Source: Armatimonadota bacterium (GTDB lineage: Bacteria; Armatimonadota; DTGP01; JAKQQT01). Taken from it: a stretch of DNA of 61,855 bases. The position numbers and the translations under genes were made by a program. The notes beneath the pieces are model-generated. The model had not been told where the DNA came from, did not search any database, and was given only the letters and a program-made list of their open reading frames with translations. The stretch covers positions 1 to 61,855 of the forward strand of contig JAKQQT010000213.1 of NCBI GenBank assembly GCA_029564025.1, in the 5' to 3' direction. Below, piece after piece: positions 18,179-26,949 of this stretch. How positions within the stretch are numbered: position 1 is the stretch's first letter; every line of letters starts with the position of its first letter.

Positions 18179-20581
18179 ATGGACCCCCGCAGTCTGCGCG
18201 TTCTGGAATATCCCGCAGTTCTCGACCTTCTCGCCGGGCAGACCGCCTGCTCCCTCGGGCGCGAGAAGGCCCTGTCGGCACACCCGCATACGCAACGCCG
18301 CGACGTTGACCGTGCCCTTCGCGAAACCTCCGAGGCGCTGGTCCTGATGGGCGGCGCCGGAATTCCCCTGGGCGGGGTAACCGATGTCCGATCACTGGTC
18401 GCGCGCGCCGGAGCAGATGGAGTGCTGGAACCGCTGGACCTTCTTTCCGTGGGTACCGTTCTCTTTGCGGCGAAGCGTTTGCGAGGCGTCCTGTCGGCAA
18501 AGCCCGATGATCTCCCGTTGATGTCCGATCTGGGCGCCCAGATATCCGATTTGTCTCATATCGCCCAATCCATCGAACGCAGTATCTCATTGGACGGTGA
18601 AGTGAAAGACGGCGCAAGCGACCTGCTGGCGCAATTGCGCAACTCCAAACGCGGCAAGATGCGGCACATTCAGGAGTTGTTACAGCGCATTCTGAACAGC
18701 AGTCGCACCAGGGACTTGCTACAGGAACCGGTCATCACGGTCCGCAACGACCGGTACTGCCTGTCGGTGAAGGCCGAGAAACGCCGGGAATTCGGTGGAT
18801 TGGTTCACGATGCGAGCGCATCCGGGCAGACCCTGTTCATGGAACCCGCATCGGTTGTTGAGGCCGGTAACGAACTTCGCGAAATCGAAGCTCACGAACG
18901 AACGGAGGTTCAACGTATCCTTCGCGTTCTCTCGCGAAGTATTGGCGCCGAGAGCCGACGGATTCTCGCCACCGTGGACGTACTGGCTGAGGTGGACTAT
19001 ATCAGCGCACGCGCCCACCTGGCCGATATGTGGCACGGGGTGGTTCCGGACCTGCTCGACAAGCCCGGAGTCGAAATGTACGGCGCGCGCCACCCTTTGC
19101 TGTTCTGGCAGGCCATCGAAAAGCGTCGGGCTGGCGAAACCGCGAAGGAACCTCGCGACCAGGTAGTGCCGATCGACCCCCAACTCGGACTGGAGTTCCG
19201 CTCGGTGATCATCACCGGACCCAACACGGGCGGCAAGACGGTTACCTTGAAAACCGTCGGGTTGATGGTCCTGTTGGCGCAAACCGGCATTCCGATTCCG
19301 TGCGATACAGCCCGCATCGGAATCTTCAAGCATGTCTTCGCGGACATTGGGGACGAGCAAAGCCTTCAACAGAGCCTGTCGACGTTCAGCGGTCACATTC
19401 GCAACATCGTCGAGATCCTTAAGTCGGCCGATGCGTCGACGCTGGTCCTCCTGGACGAAATTGGCGCAGGCACCGATCCCGCGGAAGGTGCGGCGCTCGC
19501 AAAGGCCATACTGCTGGCGCTTTCCGAAACAGGCGCCTCCGTGATGGCGACAACGCATTACGCCGAGTTGAAAGAATTCGCTTGGAATCGTGAAGGTTTC
19601 CAGAACGCATCGGTTGAGTTCGATGTTGAAACGCTGAAGCCTACGTATCGGCTCAGACTGGGTGTTCCCGGCGCCAGCAACGCGCTTACCATTGCCGGAC
19701 GCCTGGGCATGCCTGAATCGGTTCTGGAGAGAGCGCGCGGCAACCTTGGATCGGACCGCCTTGCTCTGGAGTCCGCCATTGCCCGCATGGAAGAAAGCGA
19801 GCGCGCTTCCCGAAGGGCGACTATCGAAGCGGAGCGAAAAGTAAAGGAACTCGAAGCCCAGAGACGCCACGTTGAAGAGGAACTCTCCGAGGCAAAGGAC
19901 AAACGCAAGGCCGCCACCGAGGCCGCGTATGAAGAAGCGCTCGCTTTCGTAAGAACTGCCCGCGAGGAAGCCGCGGAAGTCCTGCGAACTCTCAGGGAAC
20001 TGGGCGAGGAAACCCGCGAAACCGACGCGGCTCGAAAGCGGCTTCAGCAGTTGGAAACGGTAGCCCGTCAGAAACGCGTGAAACCGCGGCGAAAACCGAC
20101 GCACCGCATCGAAACCGAATCGGCGCCGCAACCGGGCGACTCGGTGTGGGTGCCGTCACTCGGCGGCATCGGTGTGCTTGTGGAGGTAAGACGCGACGAG
20201 GCCACAGTGCAGGCTGGCGCCTTGAGGCTGACGGCTGATTACGCCACTCTCCAGAAAGTGGCGGATGAAGCCGCGCCGGCCAAATCAGAGCCGGTACGCC
20301 GGTCCTCTTCCAGCATTGCTCTGGAAGCGGCGTCTACGATCTCGCCGGAGGTTCATCTTCGGCACATGCGGGCCGAAGAGGCGTTCGTCGTTCTGGACAA
20401 GTATATGGACTCGGCCCGCCTGGCGGGATTACATACTATACGGATTGTGCACGGCAAGGGCGGCGGTATCCTGCGCGACATGGCGCACCGCTACCTGAAA
20501 GACCAACCCGATGTCCGTTCGTTCCGCCTGGGAAGTCCCGAAGAAGGCGGCCACGGCGTGACCATCGCGGAACTCGCGTAA
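18179..20581 (+). CDS. mutS2: endonuclease MutS2 (Smr domain)
   Basis: ORF 17948.. trimmed to the ATG at 18179 (MDPRSLRVLEYPAVLDLLA). It has Walker A (GPNTGGKT), a long coiled coil and a C-terminal Smr domain (IRIVHGKGGGILR). Confidence 0.93.
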   Translation: MDPRSLRVLEYPAVLDLLAGQTACSLGREKALSAHPHTQRRDVDRALRETSEALVLMGGAGIPLGGVTDVRSLVARAGADGVLEPLDLLSVGTVLFAAKRLRGVLSAKPDDLPLMSDLGAQISDLSHIAQSIERSISLDGEVKDGASDLLAQLRNSKRGKMRHIQELLQRILNSSRTRDLLQEPVITVRNDRYCLSVKAEKRREFGGLVHDASASGQTLFMEPASVVEAGNELREIEAHERTEVQRILRVLSRSIGAESRRILATVDVLAEVDYISARAHLADMWHGVVPDLLDKPGVEMYGARHPLLFWQAIEKRRAGETAKEPRDQVVPIDPQLGLEFRSVIITGPNTGGKTVTLKTVGLMVLLAQTGIPIPCDTARIGIFKHVFADIGDEQSLQQSLSTFSGHIRNIVEILKSADASTLVLLDEIGAGTDPAEGAALAKAILLALSETGASVMATTHYAELKEFAWNREGFQNASVEFDVETLKPTYRLRLGVPGASNALTIAGRLGMPESVLERARGNLGSDRLALESAIARMEESERASRRATIEAERKVKELEAQRRHVEEELSEAKDKRKAATEAAYEEALAFVRTAREEAAEVLRTLRELGEETRETDAARKRLQQLETVARQKRVKPRRKPTHRIETESAPQPGDSVWVPSLGGIGVLVEVRRDEATVQAGALRLTADYATLQKVADEAAPAKSEPVRRSSSSIALEAASTISPEVHLRHMRAEEAFVVLDKYMDSARLAGLHTIRIVHGKGGGILRDMAHRYLKDQPDVRSFRLGSPEEGGHGVTIAELA

Positions 20582-20627
20582 CACCCGTTTCGCGTATTCC
20601 CGGACTAACGACAGAAAGGCTTGTCAT

Positions 20628-21467
20628 ATGACGCAAACACCAGCGCGGCCCGACATTCCGGTGTTGAAGGAAAAGGCCCGCCTGCTTCGCAAACTCATCA
20701 TCGAGATGACCACAAAAGCCGGTAGCGGACACCCCAGCAGTAGCATGTCTGCCGCGGAAGTCATCGCCGGATTGTACTTCGGCGGCATCCTTCGGCACCG
20801 CCCCGACGAACCAAAATGGCCGGACCGCGACCGGTTCGTCCTTTCCAAGGGACACGCCTGTCCCGTGCTGTACGCGGCGCTTGCGGAATGCGGTTACTTC
20901 CCGATGGACTGGCTTTGGGGTCTTCGCCAGATCGGTCAACCGCTGGAAGGGCATCCCAACGTCCACACCACCCCCGGTATCGAAGCTTCCACCGGTTCGC
21001 TCGGACAGGGTTTGTCCACCGGTGTCGGCATGGCGGTGGCCGGGCAGTTGGACGAAAGCCCGTTCAAGGTCTACGTGATGACCGGCGACGGCGAAATCAA
21101 CGAAGGCCAGATATGGGAAGCCGCGGCATCCGCCGCCAAGAGGAACCTTAAAAACCTGGTGTGGATCATCGACAAGAACGGATACCAGCAGACCGGCGCC
21201 ACGCAGACGGTTCTGCCGATGGATCCGCTGGCCGACAAAGCCCGCGCGTTCGGCTGGCATGTCCGCGAAGTCGACGGGCAGGATATGTCCGCTGTAATGG
21301 AAGCGCTGACGGAGGCAAGTGAATGGTCGGATGGCCCCTACTGCCTGATCAGCCACACAAAGAAGGGCGCGGGCGTGTCGTTCGTGGAAGCCGATTTTGG
21401 CTACCACGGCAAGCCGCTGACCGCCGATGAAGCAAAACGTGCGATGGAGGAACTGGGATGGCAATAG
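20628..21467 (+). CDS. transketolase, N-terminal (TPP-binding) subunit
   Basis: 279 aa with GSGHPSSSMSAAE, SKGHACP and GSLGQGLS...GDGEINEG. Confidence 0.92.
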   Translation: MTQTPARPDIPVLKEKARLLRKLIIEMTTKAGSGHPSSSMSAAEVIAGLYFGGILRHRPDEPKWPDRDRFVLSKGHACPVLYAALAECGYFPMDWLWGLRQIGQPLEGHPNVHTTPGIEASTGSLGQGLSTGVGMAVAGQLDESPFKVYVMTGDGEINEGQIWEAAASAAKRNLKNLVWIIDKNGYQQTGATQTVLPMDPLADKARAFGWHVREVDGQDMSAVMEALTEASEWSDGPYCLISHTKKGAGVSFVEADFGYHGKPLTADEAKRAMEELGWQ

Positions 21468-22411
21468 GAGACATCGCCGGCTTGAAAATGGGTCCGGCAA
21501 CGCGTGACGCGTTTGGCGACGCCCTCGTTGAGATCGCCGCGTCGAGACCGGACATCGTGGTGGTAGACGCCGACCTGGCCAACTCGACCATGGCGAGCAA
21601 GTTTCAGAAGGCCTTCCCCGACCGTTTTATCGAGGTCGGTATCGCCGAGAGCAACATGATTGGCGTTGCGGGCGGCCTGGCATCCTGCGGAAAGCAGGCT
21701 TGGGCAACATCGTTTTCGGCCTTCCTGCTGGCCAATGCGTATGATCAGATCCGTTTGTCCGTGGCCTACCCCCGTCTGAACGTCAAACTGGTCGGTTCGC
21801 ACGGCGGAATCAGCATCGGCCCGGACGGCCCAAGCCAGATGAGCATCGAGGACATCGCGCTGTCGTGCGCCCTGCCCGGTTTCACAGTTATCTTCCCCTC
21901 GGACGCGGCCCAGACGAAGGAAGCCGTGCGCGTGGCGAGCGAAACAGACGGTCCATTCTTCATCCGCACGGGACGACCGAAGACACCGGTACTTTACGAA
22001 TCGGGATCCGCGTTCACACTCGGCAAGGCCAATACCCTCCGGGAAGGCAATGACGTGACGCTCATCGCCTGCGGCTTGATGGTTCCGCTGTGCCTGGACG
22101 CGGCGGCGTTGCTGGCCGGTATGGGTGTCTCCGCCCGGGTTCTTGACATGGCCACGGTGAAGCCCATCGACGAGGATGCCATCGTCAAAGCCGCGCGCGA
22201 AACGAAGGGCATCGTGGTCGTCGACGAGCATCTGCTGGACGGCGGTTTGTGCAGTCGCGTGGCCCTGGTGACGGCGCGCAAACACCCGGCCAGAATGGCC
22301 TGCGTGGCGCTGGACAACACATTCGCTGAAAGCGGTTCACCGGACGATGTTCTGGCCAAATACGGCTTCACGGCGAAGAACGTGGCGGACAAGGCGAAGA
22401 GCCTGCTCTGA
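21458..22411 (+). CDS. transketolase, C-terminal (pyrimidine-binding) subunit
   Basis: 317 aa with FIEVGIAESNM and GPDGPSQMSIEDIA. The start overlaps the stop of the N-terminal subunit. Confidence 0.92.
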   Translation: MAIGDIAGLKMGPATRDAFGDALVEIAASRPDIVVVDADLANSTMASKFQKAFPDRFIEVGIAESNMIGVAGGLASCGKQAWATSFSAFLLANAYDQIRLSVAYPRLNVKLVGSHGGISIGPDGPSQMSIEDIALSCALPGFTVIFPSDAAQTKEAVRVASETDGPFFIRTGRPKTPVLYESGSAFTLGKANTLREGNDVTLIACGLMVPLCLDAAALLAGMGVSARVLDMATVKPIDEDAIVKAARETKGIVVVDEHLLDGGLCSRVALVTARKHPARMACVALDNTFAESGSPDDVLAKYGFTAKNVADKAKSLL

Positions 22412-22508
22412 TTGCCCGTCTGATCCCTGGAAGGCCTACAGTTATATAACAATCGCGCACTTTGTTCGCGCGATTCATGACGCCCAAATCGGGCAACAGG
22501 AGATAAAT

Positions 22509-23342
22509 ATGCGCGTCAGCGTATCCATGTGGAGTTACGTTTCACACGTCCAGCAAGGCAAGACCGATGTCCTCGGCTTCCTGGACACGGCCAAGGCTCT
22601 TGGCGTTGAGGGCGTGGAACTTCTCGACTTTTTCTGGAAAGACCGCGACACCGAGTTGCCGAAGGTCAAGCAAAAACTGAAGGACCTGGGTCTGGTTGTC
22701 AGCGCCTTCGCAACAAGCAATGACTTCACCGACACGGACCCCGCCGCCCGCGCGGAAGCCGTTGAGCACATCAAGGGCGCCGTGGACACGGCCGTGGAAC
22801 TCGGAACCGACAGGCTGAGGGTATTCGCCGGACATCACGATGAAGTCGGATTTGATAAAGCGCTCGGATGGATAATCGAGGGATTGAAGGCTTCGGCGGA
22901 ATACGCCGCCACGAAAGGCGTTTACTTGTGCCTCGAGAACCACGGCACGCTTGCCGGCCGCGGCGAACAGGTTAAGGCTATCCTTGATGCCGTTGGTTCT
23001 CCTTACCTGAAGGCGAATCCGGATACTGGCAATTTCATGACAGTCAAGCAGGATCCGGTCGAGGCCGTCAAGGTCGTCGCGCCCATGACGGGTAGTGTGC
23101 ACTTCAAGGACTTCCGCTGGGCGAAACCTGAAGAAACGGAGCATGTTTATGAAGGATTGCACGGATCACGCGTCATCGGCACCGTAATTGGTGAAGGAGA
23201 CGTTGATCTTGTCAGCATCGTCAAACTGCTCAAGGACGCCGGCTATGACGGATTCCTGACCATCGAGTACGAAGGCGCCGAGGACCCGGAAACGGCCATG
23301 CCGCGCAGTGTGGCGTACTCGAAGAAAGTCGCAATGGGCTGA
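22509..23342 (+). CDS. sugar phosphate isomerase/epimerase (xylose isomerase-like TIM barrel)
   Basis: Trimmed to the ATG at 22509, preceded by AGGAG. Motifs present are LENHG, DTGNF and TIEYEG. Confidence 0.85.
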   Translation: MRVSVSMWSYVSHVQQGKTDVLGFLDTAKALGVEGVELLDFFWKDRDTELPKVKQKLKDLGLVVSAFATSNDFTDTDPAARAEAVEHIKGAVDTAVELGTDRLRVFAGHHDEVGFDKALGWIIEGLKASAEYAATKGVYLCLENHGTLAGRGEQVKAILDAVGSPYLKANPDTGNFMTVKQDPVEAVKVVAPMTGSVHFKDFRWAKPEETEHVYEGLHGSRVIGTVIGEGDVDLVSIVKLLKDAGYDGFLTIEYEGAEDPETAMPRSVAYSKKVAMG

Positions 23343-23346
23343 TCCG

Positions 23347-24426
23347 ATGGCAGACACGGAAAACGGAGGAGGAGCCGCGCTCCACTCCGAAAACTGGATG
23401 GCGGCGGAGATTGCGGAGCAACCCTCCGTGATTGCCCGCGGTCTTGAAGAAAACCGCAAGGCGGCCGTTTCCATCGCGCGGCACGTCCGCGACCGACAGA
23501 TCAAGCACTGCATGATTGCCGCTCGAGGCACGTCCGATCACGCGGCAATGTACGGTAAATACCTGGGTGAGACCCAACTCGGCATCCCTGTTTCCCTTGC
23601 CTCTCCCTCGGTATGGACTCTCTATGAAGCCAAACCGAACCTGGAGAACTCGATGGTCATCGGCTTGTCCCAAAGCGGGCAGGGAACCGACGTCATCCGC
23701 GTTCTGGAAGCCGCGAAGGAACAAGGCGCGTTGACTCTTGCGATTACCAATTTCGGTGATTCGCCGCTGGCCGCCGTCGCCGATGAGGTTCTGCTTCTCA
23801 AGGCCGGGCAGGAACGCAGTGTTGCCGCGACGAAAACATACACAGCGTCGCTGGCCGCTCTGGCGCTGACAACCGCCATGGTTGCGAAGGATCCGGCTCT
23901 GGAATCTGAATTACACGGAATTCCGGGACAAATGCAAACGGTGCTGTCTCTTGAGCCCGAGATTCAGGACGTTGCCGAGCGCTACTGCTTCATGGAAAAC
24001 TGCGTGGCCATCGCCCGCGGTTTCAACCAGTGCACCGCCTTTGAGGCCGGGTTGAAGCTTTCGGAAACGTGTTATGTCGTTGCCCACGCCTACAGCGGAG
24101 CCGACTTCGAACACGGACCTATCGCTGTCGTCGACCGGGGCTTCCCGTGCATCCTCTTCAACCCCGAAGGCAAGCCGCACCATCAACTGGTCGACCTTGC
24201 GCGCAGACTGGGAAACCGCGGAGCGGACCGGTTGGTTATCGCCCACGACGATGAATCGTTGGCCCTTGGCGAGCGATCCATCCGCATACCCGTCTTCGTT
24301 CCCGAGAGGGTCTCTCCGCTGGTTTACATCCTGGCGGGTCAAATGTTTGCATACCATCTGGCGAAGCACAAGGGATACGACCCGGACAACCCGCGAGGAC
24401 TGAACAAGGTCACGAAGACCATCTGA
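23347..24426 (+). CDS. double-SIS-domain sugar-amine phosphate isomerase/deaminase (GlmS C-terminal-like; AgaS/FrlB/NagB-II type)
   Basis: Trimmed to the ATG at 23347. Contains AARGTSDHA, GLSQSGQGTD and SVAATKTYT. The C-terminus, PRGLNKVTKTI, resembles a GlmS-type tail. Confidence 0.85.
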   Translation: MADTENGGGAALHSENWMAAEIAEQPSVIARGLEENRKAAVSIARHVRDRQIKHCMIAARGTSDHAAMYGKYLGETQLGIPVSLASPSVWTLYEAKPNLENSMVIGLSQSGQGTDVIRVLEAAKEQGALTLAITNFGDSPLAAVADEVLLLKAGQERSVAATKTYTASLAALALTTAMVAKDPALESELHGIPGQMQTVLSLEPEIQDVAERYCFMENCVAIARGFNQCTAFEAGLKLSETCYVVAHAYSGADFEHGPIAVVDRGFPCILFNPEGKPHHQLVDLARRLGNRGADRLVIAHDDESLALGERSIRIPVFVPERVSPLVYILAGQMFAYHLAKHKGYDPDNPRGLNKVTKTI

Positions 24427-24446
24427 GTCCGCTGAATCACGATGAA

Positions 24447-24483
24447 CGGGGTCCGAAAGGGCCCCGTCTTCGCATTTGGTTTA
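24447..24483 (+). terminator. intrinsic terminator after the SIS gene
   Basis: CGGGGTCC-gaaa-GGGCCCCG followed by TCTTCGCATTTGGTTT. Confidence 0.55.
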
Positions 24484-24506
24484 AAAAGTGATGTATTCAA
24501 TCAACT

Positions 24507-24542
24507 TTGACTTGGCTCGACACTGAATGAGTGTTATATAAT
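24507..24542 (+). promoter_or_regulatory. putative promoter of the DegT/Gfo operon (AT-rich island)
   Basis: TTGACT lies at 24507..24512 and TCGACA at 24516..24521. An extended -10 TGTTATATA(AT) lies at 24532..24542. Spacing to either -35 candidate is non-optimal. Confidence 0.35.
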
Positions 24543-24614
24543 ACTCCATCAATCCCCGCCCGGCAAAGCATGAACAACCTATTTGCAATGGCGGGAAATA
24601 CCAGGAGGATCCAG

Positions 24615-25730
24615 ATGTCCGAAGTCAAGGTGCCTTTCTACGGGCACGTCCGGCAGTACCAGAACTTGAAGGCCGAACTCGACAGCGCCATCGAGAACGT
24701 GCTGATGAGCGGCGTTTACACACTTGGCCCCGTAGGGAAACGTTTCGAAGGGGAACTGGCCCAGTACATGGGCATGAAGTACGCGCTCGGTCTCAATTCC
24801 GGAACCGACGCGCTCTGGCTGGCATTTCTTGCCCTTGGTATCGGCAAGGGCGACGAGGTCATCACCACCTCCAACACATTCTGGGCGACCGCTGAATCCA
24901 TCTGGCTGGTCGGCGCCACTCCCGTCTTCGTTGACTGCTGTCCGAAGACCCGAAACATCGACACCACAAAAATCGAGGAAAAGATTACTCCTCGCACCAA
25001 GGCTATCGTTCCGGTTCACCTTTACGGCCAGTGCGCGGATATGAAAGCCGTCTCTGCCATCGCAAAGAAGCACAATCTGCTGGTGGTGGAGGACTGCGCC
25101 CAGGCAATCGGCGCCGCGGGCGACGGTTTCAAGATCGGCGAGTACTCGGACGCTGTCGGACTGTCGTTCATCACCGCGAAAAACCTCGGCACGTTCGGCG
25201 ATAGCGGCGCGATGGTCACCAACCGCGAAGATATCGTTGAGACGGTGACAAAACTGCGGAACCACGGGTCCAACAAACGCTCGTATCACAGTGTCGGCTG
25301 GAACTCCCGCCTGGACGAAATCCACGCCGCCATTCTGAGTGTGAAACTGAAGCACATTGACGAATTCAACGATGCCCGCCGCGCCCGCGCCAAGGACTAC
25401 GATGAATTCCTGGCCGGATCCGGCATCAAGCTTCCCCACGCTCTGCCCGGCTACCGTCACGTTTACCACCTGTACGTGATTGAGACGCCGGACCGCGACG
25501 GCCTGCAGGAATTCCTGAAGGAACGTGGTATCATCGCGCTGACCAACTACCCGGTGGCCATCCACCAGCAGGAAGGCTTCCCGTTCGGCGCCGGCGATCC
25601 GAATCCCGTACTTCCGGAGACGGAACTGAACGCCGCCAACTGCCTCTCCCTGCCGATTTACCCGGAACTGACCCGCGAAGAGTGCAAGTACGTCGCGGAT
25701 AACGTTCTCGAATGGGCAAAGAACCGCTAG
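24615..25730 (+). CDS. DegT/DnrJ/EryC1/StrS family PLP-dependent aminotransferase
   Basis: Trimmed to the ATG at 24615, preceded by AGGAGG. Contains GLNSGTDAL and the catalytic Lys context SFITAKNLGTFGDSGAM. Confidence 0.9.
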   Translation: MSEVKVPFYGHVRQYQNLKAELDSAIENVLMSGVYTLGPVGKRFEGELAQYMGMKYALGLNSGTDALWLAFLALGIGKGDEVITTSNTFWATAESIWLVGATPVFVDCCPKTRNIDTTKIEEKITPRTKAIVPVHLYGQCADMKAVSAIAKKHNLLVVEDCAQAIGAAGDGFKIGEYSDAVGLSFITAKNLGTFGDSGAMVTNREDIVETVTKLRNHGSNKRSYHSVGWNSRLDEIHAAILSVKLKHIDEFNDARRARAKDYDEFLAGSGIKLPHALPGYRHVYHLYVIETPDRDGLQEFLKERGIIALTNYPVAIHQQEGFPFGAGDPNPVLPETELNAANCLSLPIYPELTREECKYVADNVLEWAKNR

Positions 25731-25809
25731 GAGACCGGTTTCGCCGCAGGTTATGAACGCCGGTCCGTCTTTCGGGACGGACCGCGCGTTTACAGGAAGG
25801 ATGAGGTTA

Positions 25810-26859
25810 ATGTCCGATACGACATATTCCGTTGCCATTGCCGGTCTGGGCAAGCGCGGCAAGGTACACACCGAGCTGTTTCACGCCAACCCCCGGTTCT
25901 CGGTTGTTGGCGTCGCCGATGTTGACGCCGGTCGAACGGCTGAAGCGGCCGCCTTGTGCGGCAATCCCGCTCAGTTCACCGATGCCGCGGAGATGCTTTC
26001 GACCACAACACCCGATGTATTCTGCTTCTGCACCCCTCCAACCGTCCGACTGCCCTTGATACAAATGGGTGTGGACGCCGGTGTCAAATTGATTGCCTTC
26101 GAAAAACCGATGGCCACCAACATGACGGAAGCCCTCGCGATGCGGGACCTTCTGCGCTCCGCCGGCGTCAAGTCTGTTCAGAGCCATCAGCGCAAGTACA
26201 ATGTCCAGTTCCGAAAGGTCAAGGAGATAATTGACAGCGGTGCCCTGGGACGCATCCACACCGTGTATGCCACGGCCACCGGCTGGATGATGCATATGGC
26301 CACGCACCTGGCCGACTACCTCCGCTTTTTCAACGGCGAATCCGATGTTGAGTACGTGATAGGGCAGGCGGACGGCATCGAAAAGATGACCGACAACCAC
26401 CCGTCGCCGGATTACCTGGGCGGTTTCATCCAGTTCAAAAACGGCGTTCGAGGGATTCTGGAGACAGGAAGCCTGGCTCCGGACGTTCCCGAGGTCGAAT
26501 ACTGGTGGCGCAAGGTTCGGATTGGCGCGCAGGGTACCGAGGGTTTCGCCGAGTGCTTCGTTGGCGGCGGCTGGCGCGCCGTCACTAAAGACGGTATCTC
26601 CGGATCGGACGAAGGTACCTGGGACGCTTCGCACGAGCAGGACCCGTATATCGAGGATATCGCCCTCTGGCTGGACGGCAAGAAAACCCACCCGTGCGAC
26701 GGTGAAGGCGGATTCAAGGACGCAGAAATCATGTGCGGCTTGATGCGGTCTGCCGTTGAGCGGCGCAGGATTGACTTCCCACTCGGCCCGGGCCCGAACG
26801 AACTCGAAGCCTTGCAGAAGAACATCGAGTGGTCCCAGGCAAACGCCCTGTGGCCGTAA
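25810..26859 (+). CDS. Gfo/Idh/MocA family NAD(P)-dependent oxidoreductase
   Basis: The N-terminal Rossmann region reads VAIAGLGKRGKVH, and EKPMA is present. The start could be ATG 25810 or ATG 25801. Confidence 0.88.
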   Translation: MSDTTYSVAIAGLGKRGKVHTELFHANPRFSVVGVADVDAGRTAEAAALCGNPAQFTDAAEMLSTTTPDVFCFCTPPTVRLPLIQMGVDAGVKLIAFEKPMATNMTEALAMRDLLRSAGVKSVQSHQRKYNVQFRKVKEIIDSGALGRIHTVYATATGWMMHMATHLADYLRFFNGESDVEYVIGQADGIEKMTDNHPSPDYLGGFIQFKNGVRGILETGSLAPDVPEVEYWWRKVRIGAQGTEGFAECFVGGGWRAVTKDGISGSDEGTWDASHEQDPYIEDIALWLDGKKTHPCDGEGGFKDAEIMCGLMRSAVERRRIDFPLGPGPNELEALQKNIEWSQANALWP

Positions 26860-26894
26860 GGCCAATGATCGGATTGTGATTCGTCACATACTGA

Positions 26895-26928
26895 CGTGGA
26901 GGCTCATAGCGAGCCTCCACGTTTTTTC
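26895..26928 (+). terminator. strong intrinsic terminator after the Gfo/Idh/MocA gene
   Basis: 11-bp perfect stem CGTGGAGGCTC / GAGCCTCCACG followed by TTTTTT. Confidence 0.8.
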
Positions 26929-26949
26929 ATCACATCAGGGCCTAAACCA

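Noticed and set aside
18719-20131. 470-aa ORF on the minus strand
   Set aside because: It is antisense to mutS2 and has no recognisable motifs.
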